Virus record (IMG/VR): IMGVR_UViG_3300027749_000051
Coordinates: 1 to 64,000 of that record
Source: a virus
DNA: 64,000 bases
Strand: one strand, 5' to 3'
The position numbers were made by a program, and so were the translations under genes. Shown one piece after another: positions 57,941 through 64,000 of the stretch. The notes under the pieces were generated by a model. The model was not told the origin of the DNA and ran no database searches. It was given only the letters and a program-made list of their open reading frames with translations. The first letter of the stretch is position 1. Each line of letters begins with the position of its first letter.

Positions 57941-59402
57941 AAATATTATAATTACCCCATCAGGTGCAACCATAAATTTTTATGATTCGGCATCCACATT
58001 GACGACATTGGTTATTACATCAGGTGCGCTAAATTTTAAAAGATCTGGTACGACTTATCTTGCGGTGGATAATACTTATCCGAACTTTAGGACTAATGGT
58101 GGTTCAAATCTATGGGTTAAAAATACTTTAATTAATGACGCTGGAACCTTAATCACAAATAGTGGGTGGGGTGGAACAGCACAGCCAACAGGAGCGCAAG
58201 GCGCTCAAGGTACCGTAGGATCACAAGGTGCTCAAGGTACTGCAGGTTCACAAGGTGCTCAAGGTACTGCGGGACCAACAGGTGCACAAGGAACAACAGG
58301 AGCACAAGGTTCAGTTGGCGCTCAAGGTTCTCAAGGATCACAGGGAGCTCAAGGGACAACTGGAGCACAAGGTTCTCAAGGGGGTCAAGGTGCACAAGGT
58401 TCTCAGGGATCACAAGGAACAACTGGCGCTCAAGGTTCTCAAGGAGGACAAGGTGCTCAAGGTGCCCAAGGATCACAAGGAACAACTGGATCACAAGGTG
58501 CTCAAGGAGGACAAGGCGCTCAAGGAGCTCAAGGATCGCAAGGAACAACTGGATCACAAGGTGCTCAAGGAGGACAAGGTGCTCAAGGAGCTCAGGGATC
58601 TCAAGGGGCTGCTAATGGGGTACAAGGTGCTCAAGGTGGCCAAGGAGCTCAAGGAGCTCAAGGATCGCAAGGAACAACTGGATCTCAAGGTGCTCAGGGA
58701 GGACAAGGTTCTCAAGGTGCTCAGGGAGGACAAGGTTCTCAAGGAGCACAAGGATCGACAGGAGGACAAGGAGCACAAGGATCACAAGGAAGTGGTGGAG
58801 GTAGCGGACCTCAAGGTGCTCAAGGAGCCCAAGGATCTGCAGCAGGAAGTGGACCAACTGGAGCACAAGGAGCACAAGGTGCCGCGGGTGGCCAAGGATC
58901 ACAGGGTGCGCAAGGATCAACGGGACCGGCAGGTCCTCAAGGATCACAAGGTGCTGCGGGTGGTCAAGGATCACAAGGAGCTCAAGGATCTGCTGCAGGT
59001 GCGGGACCAACAGGTGCTCAAGGTGCTACAGGATCACAAGGAGCTCAAGGAGCCACAGGATCACCAGGTCCATCAGATGCACGACTCAAACGTAATATTA
59101 GATCAATTGAGAATCCATTATCTAAAGTTAAGAAGATTAGAGGAGTTTCTTTTATATGGAATGATAAGAGTGTAAATGAATCATCCGAGAGAGATATTGG
59201 ATTTATTGCTCAGGAACTTCAATATGTGTTACCTGAATTGGTGTTTAAAAATAATAAAGAAAATTCGTTCTACCAAGTTAAATATGGAGATATTATTGCA
59301 CTTTGTTTGGAGGCAATTAAAGAACAATCTGAATTACTTATACTTAGGGAAGAAAGATTGGGAAGAATAGAAACAAGAGCAAAAGAAAAGGGACTAATTT
59401 AA
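57933..59402 (+). CDS. Collagen-like fibre 3 with S74 chaperone (GTG start)
   Basis: GAQ/GSQ/GGQ repeats with 63-bp units; PSDARLKRNI; IGFIAQELQYVLPELV; VKYGDI. Confidence 0.85.
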   Translation: MAENIIITPSGATINFYDSASTLTTLVITSGALNFKRSGTTYLAVDNTYPNFRTNGGSNLWVKNTLINDAGTLITNSGWGGTAQPTGAQGAQGTVGSQGAQGTAGSQGAQGTAGPTGAQGTTGAQGSVGAQGSQGSQGAQGTTGAQGSQGGQGAQGSQGSQGTTGAQGSQGGQGAQGAQGSQGTTGSQGAQGGQGAQGAQGSQGTTGSQGAQGGQGAQGAQGSQGAANGVQGAQGGQGAQGAQGSQGTTGSQGAQGGQGSQGAQGGQGSQGAQGSTGGQGAQGSQGSGGGSGPQGAQGAQGSAAGSGPTGAQGAQGAAGGQGSQGAQGSTGPAGPQGSQGAAGGQGSQGAQGSAAGAGPTGAQGATGSQGAQGATGSPGPSDARLKRNIRSIENPLSKVKKIRGVSFIWNDKSVNESSERDIGFIAQELQYVLPELVFKNNKENSFYQVKYGDIIALCLEAIKEQSELLILREERLGRIETRAKEKGLI

Positions 59403-59411
59403 GTCCCTTTT
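59386..59411. terminator. Bidirectional terminator
   Basis: AAAAGGGACT-aattta-AGTCCCTTTT between convergent genes. Confidence 0.85.
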
Positions 59412-59415
59412 TTTA

Positions 59416-60399
59416 TTAGATATAGTCACTAAAAAACTCGTTAACATTTTTTTCAACCTCACGATAATCGGGATAGTCAGGTGGACTTACACTTATACAG
59501 TCAATAGACTCCTTTAATATAGATAGGTATACTGGATCATAGTCTAAGCTATATGAATGCTCGCTGGATAGGAAATCATTTATAATACCTTCAAAATTTA
59601 TGATTGGTAGTCTATAGGTGTAAACTGTTGTGTTTGCGTGAAATTTATGGGGTCTTGATAATGTTTCACCACGACCTTCAAAATAGTCGTTTATTTCACT
59701 CCATATACTATTATAAATTTCGGATTCATATGCATTTTGATAGGCATTACCATGAATAGAATATAATTCACTTTTCAAATCTGCAAGTTCGTCATTTAAT
59801 AAACGCTTCATTGTTTTTTCGTCCTTCACGATTCGTTCAACATTAGATTCATTCACCTCAACATAATCATCATGTCCTTGTTCTTCGGCTATGGATTCTA
59901 GTTCATCAGTTGTAGGTTCAATCTTTATCCCATTTAAATTATCTATAATGTAGGTGAATAATGTTTTTTGATTTTTAGGGTTAAGTTCTTCAATTACATC
60001 TCGGTATACATCATCAGTTGTATCATATCCATAATCACTATCGTACTCACCACTTAGAATTGATTCAATAGTGTCTTGTGCAATGTCATTTCTTCCATCA
60101 CAGAATAGTTTAGCAATATCTCCTAAATTATCTATTTCTAAATAAGGTTTTCCATCTATAAATTCAACATCATATAAAATGTCTGATAAAGTTTTATAGT
60201 ATAATGGTTTGTCATTTTCGTATGCCCATAAAATAAATTGATTTTGCCATTCTTCTGAATCTTTTGATGCGGGATCTATTTCAGAGATTAAACCTTTTCT
60301 TTTAACAAAATTAAAAAAGTTTTGGTAACTTCCAATATATGGAAGATATTGATTAAAATCGCCATTATTTAAGGCGTCTATAAGGTATTTGATATCCAT
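59416..60399 (-). CDS. Acidic hypothetical protein
   Basis: Lies on the minus strand (the track label + is wrong); TATTTATA upstream. Confidence 0.65.
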   Translation of the reverse strand: MDIKYLIDALNNGDFNQYLPYIGSYQNFFNFVKRKGLISEIDPASKDSEEWQNQFILWAYENDKPLYYKTLSDILYDVEFIDGKPYLEIDNLGDIAKLFCDGRNDIAQDTIESILSGEYDSDYGYDTTDDVYRDVIEELNPKNQKTLFTYIIDNLNGIKIEPTTDELESIAEEQGHDDYVEVNESNVERIVKDEKTMKRLLNDELADLKSELYSIHGNAYQNAYESEIYNSIWSEINDYFEGRGETLSRPHKFHANTTVYTYRLPIINFEGIINDFLSSEHSYSLDYDPVYLSILKESIDCISVSPPDYPDYREVEKNVNEFFSDYI

Positions 60400-60403
60400 A
60401 ACT

Positions 60404-60411
60404 TATAAATA
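60404..60411 (-). promoter_or_regulatory. TATTTATA putative late promoter
   Basis: Ends 4 nt before ATG 60399. Confidence 0.55.
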
Positions 60412-60415
60412 TAAA

Positions 60416-60443
60416 AAAAGGGACAAATATATTTGTCCCTTTT
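60416..60443. terminator. Perfect 28-bp palindrome / terminator
   Basis: AAAAGGGACAAATATATTTGTCCCTTTT, downstream of the 60466 gene. Confidence 0.75.
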
Positions 60444-60465
60444 AAAAAAATGAATAACTTTGTGA

Positions 60466-60639
60466 TTAGATTGTTTTTTTATTCACATTGTAATATTTTT
60501 CAACAGTTTTTTTGATTGCCGCTTTGATTCCTTCAGTTTGAGCTTGTTTACCGGCTGCTTGAGCCTGTTGTACTTGTTCTTGTGTTTGAGCTTGTGTTTG
60601 AGCATCATTATTACTACCTTTACATCCACATCCTGCCAT
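60466..60639 (-). CDS. Small protein with a MAGCGCK N-terminus and Q/A-rich helix (57 aa; not in the track)
   Basis: MAGCGCKGSNNDAQTQAQTQEQVQQAQAAGKQAQTEGIKAAIKKTVEKYYNVNKKTI. Confidence 0.7.
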   Translation of the reverse strand: MAGCGCKGSNNDAQTQAQTQEQVQQAQAAGKQAQTEGIKAAIKKTVEKYYNVNKKTI

Positions 60640-60659
60640 GATAATTGTTTTTTTTTTGT

Positions 60660-61247
60660 TTAGTTTATTATTTTAAAAATATGTTTATAACAAGTTTTTC
60701 TTATTGATCCTGTGCTTCCATTATGGACTTTTTTACCTCTTAATGAATATGATAACTTCATTCTAACATAAGACGGTTTACCTTTAGTAAATCCATTACT
60801 AATTAAGTAATTTGCTCCATCGACTAATGTTTCAAATATAAGTTCCTGTTTAGTTTCTATGTTTATTAATGAAAATTTACTAAAATTTCCATTTTTATTT
60901 TGATTGTATTTTGATAATTTAATTTTAACTTCATCATTGTAACAATTTCTTCGAAACTCATTAACAGTTGCTAAATTATAACCAAAATCTAGTTGATTAG
61001 ATTTATATTGGTTAATATAGTAGTTTTCTCGTTCAATCAATAGTTTTGGTTCACAATATTCGAGACATTCAAATATAAAAGAGTCTTTACCAAATTTATT
61101 ATATGAATTTTGTAAATAATCATTATCGTGAATATTTTTATTTAACATCCAAAAATGTTTAGACTTTCGTTTTTTAATTTTTAAAGAACTACCTATATAA
61201 ACCTTATTATTTATGATGTTAGTTATTTTATATATTCCACATCCCAT
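60660..61247 (-). CDS. GIY-YIG homing endonuclease
   Basis: Lies on the minus strand (the track label + is wrong). GIYKITNIINNKVYIGSS; LQNSYNKFG; ERENYYI; GYN. Confidence 0.9.
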   Translation of the reverse strand: MGCGIYKITNIINNKVYIGSSLKIKKRKSKHFWMLNKNIHDNDYLQNSYNKFGKDSFIFECLEYCEPKLLIERENYYINQYKSNQLDFGYNLATVNEFRRNCYNDEVKIKLSKYNQNKNGNFSKFSLINIETKQELIFETLVDGANYLISNGFTKGKPSYVRMKLSYSLRGKKVHNGSTGSIRKTCYKHIFKIIN

Positions 61248-61289
61248 AATAATAAGTATTCTCTTTATTGAAATATAGAGATAAATGAC

Positions 61290-61296
61290 TATTTAT
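61290..61296 (+). promoter_or_regulatory. TATTTAT putative late promoter
   Basis: Ends 16 nt before ATG 61313. Confidence 0.55.
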
Positions 61297-61312
61297 TAAA
61301 TAAAAAACACTC

Positions 61313-63055
61313 ATGAATTTTTTAGAATTATTAAAAGAAGGTAAAGTTGAGGACTTTAAAGAGAAGTATGGTAGGAAATTTTCGACAGATCATCTCAATA
61401 AAATTACATCCTCAGTTCCGAAGAAATACTTGGAATGGGTTGGAAAAGTTATTGATGATGTTAATTTTGATGAGAATATTCAAAAATTAGTTGATGGTAT
61501 TAATAAATTTGAAAAGCATTCAACGAATCTTCCATTAACGGATATCAACCAATATAAAAGTTTAGATCAACTTCTTAAAGGAATTTCTGATTATGAGAAT
61601 AAGCCAAGAAGAGATTTTAAACAAGTTAAGGGTGGAATTGTTGTTTATGATGATGGAAGATACTTTGTTGTAAACCCATCAGATCATGAGACATCGTGTT
61701 ATTATGGTAAAGGAACGAAGTGGTGTACAGCTGCGGATAGTGATATTCATTTTAAACAATTTAATGAAGATGGTAAGTTATTTTACATTTTAGATAGGAG
61801 TAAACCAACAAATGATCCGACATATAAAGTTGCCTTATTAAAGAAGTTTGATGGTAATGAAACTTTTTATGATGCAAAAGATGAAACATTTAATGTTAGT
61901 AACGCAAAGATATTATTTGGAACTGATGTTTATGATAAGATTATGGGTTCAGTTAACGATTATTTGAAACAAGAATTTTCAGAACAACTGAAGATATATG
62001 GTGATAAAGAATTGGCAAAAAAAGAAAAAGAAAGAATTGAAAAGCTAAGACAACGAAGAATACTTTTGGAAAAAGAGGTTGCCGCTCAGTTAAGAAGAGA
62101 TAATTTTGAATGGGAGTTAGGCCCTGATTGTCCTGAAGTGGGATTGAAGGCACATGCTTTATTAAAGTCTTTGGACGATCTTGGTGAGGTTGAAGCAAGA
62201 ACATCTGAAGATAATCAGGAAATATCTAAAATTAAAACTCAAATTGAAGGATTACAAAATGAGGGTGGAGATAACACAGAAGAAATTGAAGAATTAGAAC
62301 AAGAATTGGAGGAGTTAATAAATAAGATTGATGTTTATAATATTATTCCAATAGGATCTTATTATGATACAACAGAGTTTGAGGTTATAAATTCCTCAGT
62401 AGATGGTAATACATATGCAGTTGGTGATGAGGGTGAGATCGATTCAAGTGCTTATGAAAGTGTTGAGCAATTAGTTGACGATATTGGATATGAAGGATTC
62501 AGTAGAAATTTTGTTATGAATTATTTGGATACTGATGCAATTGAGGGCACTGCTGAGGATATCTATAACCAAGATGTTTATAATTGTCCTGAATGTTATC
62601 TTTCTGAAGATCAAAGAATGTTATCAAGAGAACAAGAGAGTGAGATTGATCGTCTTGAAAATAGAGCTGAAAAACTTAAGGCAACAATCGAGCAACTTAA
62701 AAAAGAAAAGGCTCAACATGATAATGAACTAATTGATGAGAAGATTGAAGAACTAACTGATTTAATTGATGAGATTGAAACAGAGATTGAAGAAATACGT
62801 AATGATCCTGATGGGGACTGGCCTGATGATTTATTAGAGGAAGCAATTAAAGATAGAGTTAGTGAAGCGATGGATGATCCAGAATCGTTTTTGAATGAGA
62901 TGGGATTTTCATTTAGTGATTATATTGACAAAGATGAGTTTATAAAGGCGGTTATTGATGAGGATGGATATGCACATACATTAGCTAGATATGATGGAAG
63001 CGCCGATGAGGTTTCGGTTAATGGTGTATCTTTTTATGTGATGAGAATTGATTAA
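61313..63055 (+). CDS. WCT-motif protein, paralog 3, with an acidic coiled-coil C-half
   Basis: KKYLEWV...NKFEK...DINQY; YFVVNP..SCYYGKGTKWCTA; very D/E-rich C-terminus. Confidence 0.6.
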   Translation: MNFLELLKEGKVEDFKEKYGRKFSTDHLNKITSSVPKKYLEWVGKVIDDVNFDENIQKLVDGINKFEKHSTNLPLTDINQYKSLDQLLKGISDYENKPRRDFKQVKGGIVVYDDGRYFVVNPSDHETSCYYGKGTKWCTAADSDIHFKQFNEDGKLFYILDRSKPTNDPTYKVALLKKFDGNETFYDAKDETFNVSNAKILFGTDVYDKIMGSVNDYLKQEFSEQLKIYGDKELAKKEKERIEKLRQRRILLEKEVAAQLRRDNFEWELGPDCPEVGLKAHALLKSLDDLGEVEARTSEDNQEISKIKTQIEGLQNEGGDNTEEIEELEQELEELINKIDVYNIIPIGSYYDTTEFEVINSSVDGNTYAVGDEGEIDSSAYESVEQLVDDIGYEGFSRNFVMNYLDTDAIEGTAEDIYNQDVYNCPECYLSEDQRMLSREQESEIDRLENRAEKLKATIEQLKKEKAQHDNELIDEKIEELTDLIDEIETEIEEIRNDPDGDWPDDLLEEAIKDRVSEAMDDPESFLNEMGFSFSDYIDKDEFIKAVIDEDGYAHTLARYDGSADEVSVNGVSFYVMRID

Positions 63056-63082
63056 TGATTTGATTAAGTTTATTATTATGAT

Positions 63083-63859
63083 ATGGGAAGAAAAAAGAAA
63101 ATATTATTCAAATTAAGCCCCGAGTGGATGCTCAAAGCACCAGTTGATTTTGAATATAACAAATATACTTTGTTGGACTATTTGCAGAAGTGTGAGAAAA
63201 GGTTTGATAAGTTAGAGATTTATCCTGACTTTGTTGAGTTATCTTTACATCTTGCTAATCTACAATCTTTGGCGAAAGAGAATACTTTACTACTAACTAA
63301 TAAGAAGTTTGAGTCCTGTGATGATGAGATCTTATTACGAGAGTTGGTTCCAAAGAAAACCCGAGATTTAACGAAGGAAGAAGAAGATGAGTTAGAGAAA
63401 ACAATTAAGTTCTCTGGTAACAAATTGTTTGATGCGTTTAATATTGCGAAATCAATATGGAATCTGGCATATGATAATTTGGATGTCTTCATTAAGAAGA
63501 ATCGGAAGTTCTTGGATAGTGGATGTGGATTTATTTATTTCTACAAAAAAAGTGAAAGCCTTTTATATGTTTGGGAATATGAAATAAAGAAACAAAAGGG
63601 TGAAACATATGTTGAGAAGACTTATCTAAGACCATTATATACAGGACCATCCGAAGAAACATTAAACACAATCATTGATAGTTTCTCCACATGGAAAGAT
63701 AAGACTGGATGTAAAACTCTACCGATATTCGAATTAAGATCATCACAAGACTTTCCAATGGAAGAAACTTTAATCCCAATAATGAAACGGAAAATTATGT
63801 CATATGTTATTCAATCTGGAAATGTTGAAAAGGTTAATAATTTTGACACTAACAATTAA
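63083..63859 (+). CDS. Conserved hypothetical protein resembling a Bacteroidota family
   Basis: W...PVDFEYNKYTLLDYLQ...YPDFVELSLHLANL; recognised from memory only. Confidence 0.5.
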   Translation: MGRKKKILFKLSPEWMLKAPVDFEYNKYTLLDYLQKCEKRFDKLEIYPDFVELSLHLANLQSLAKENTLLLTNKKFESCDDEILLRELVPKKTRDLTKEEEDELEKTIKFSGNKLFDAFNIAKSIWNLAYDNLDVFIKKNRKFLDSGCGFIYFYKKSESLLYVWEYEIKKQKGETYVEKTYLRPLYTGPSEETLNTIIDSFSTWKDKTGCKTLPIFELRSSQDFPMEETLIPIMKRKIMSYVIQSGNVEKVNNFDTNN

Positions 63860-63878
63860 TTTATTAATTATTTAAATT

Positions 63879-64000
63879 ATGAAATCAAGATTAATTATTT
63901 TGGCGTTTATTACAATTCTATTCAGTTCTTGTTATGTGATGGATATTCCATCGTATAACTCTTATCCGTCTTACCATAGTTATTATAGTTATCCGTCTTA
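63879..64000 (+). CDS. 3'-truncated putative lipoprotein with Tyr/Ser-rich repeats
   Basis: MKSRLIILAFITILFSSC lipobox, then PSYNSYPSYHSYYSYPS. Confidence 0.6.
   Translation, partial: MKSRLIILAFITILFSSCYVMDIPSYNSYPSYHSYYSYPS

Noticed and set aside
10869-61247. ORF-track strand labels (+) for 10869-11057, 59416-60399 and 60660-61247
   Set aside because: The listed proteins read from the reverse complement; reported here as minus strand.
60625-61247. Similar starts of the GIY-YIG (MGCGIY) and MAGCGCK genes as an insertion-site duplication
   Set aside because: Only a 9-nt match (GGATGTGGA), and CGIY starts are common in GIY-YIG proteins.
1-64000. Giant eukaryotic virus or bacterial chromosome origin
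   Set aside because: Sigma-70, bacterial promoters and terminators, overlapping operons and an amidase argue against a eukaryotic virus. Absence of housekeeping operons and abundance of fibre and homing genes argue against a chromosome.
1-64000. tRNA, rRNA or structured ncRNA genes
   Set aside because: Intergenic gaps are short and AT-rich; no cloverleaf or GC-rich structured region was recognised by eye.

Overview
This 64 kb AT-rich, gene-dense window looks like part of a jumbo/huge tailed phage genome, most likely infecting a Bacteroidota host. Host evidence: a sigma-70 with the Bacteroidota FISYAVWW signature, TTTG-N19/20-TAnnTTTG host-type promoters, an Hc1-like histone, SprB repeats and no obvious Shine-Dalgarno motifs. 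Layout: (1-743) end of a Gly-Ser-Ser/Thr fibre gene; (793-10864) a glycosylation island led by a GT4 fused to a TibC/AAH-type protein O-glycosyltransferase, plus further GT-like, aminotransferase, acetyltransferase and methyltransferase genes; (11200-25594) mucin-like Pro/Thr-stalk, Cys-rich and lectin-bearing virion proteins; (25584-39057) replication/recombination genes (HNH, RuvC, primase, PD-(D/E)XK nuclease, Mre11/Rad50, Dam, sigma); (39128-44994) a candidate lysis module and putative internal head proteins; (45033-54498) Hc1, DnaJ, a second Dam, PcfJ-like proteins, Trx and Grx; (54621-59402) three collagen-like fibres with S74 chaperone domains; then acidic proteins and a GIY-YIG nuclease. 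The leading hypothesis is a phage-encoded virion protein O-glycosylation system acting on Ser/Thr-rich fibres. Other notable signals are a TATTTAT late-promoter motif, a 33-bp direct-repeat-bounded Dam cassette, an alveolin-like repeat protein and a three-member WCT-motif family. No tRNA, rRNA or CRISPR array was seen. All functional calls come from motif recognition by eye; no database search was run. Three ORF-track strand labels are wrong and have been corrected here.
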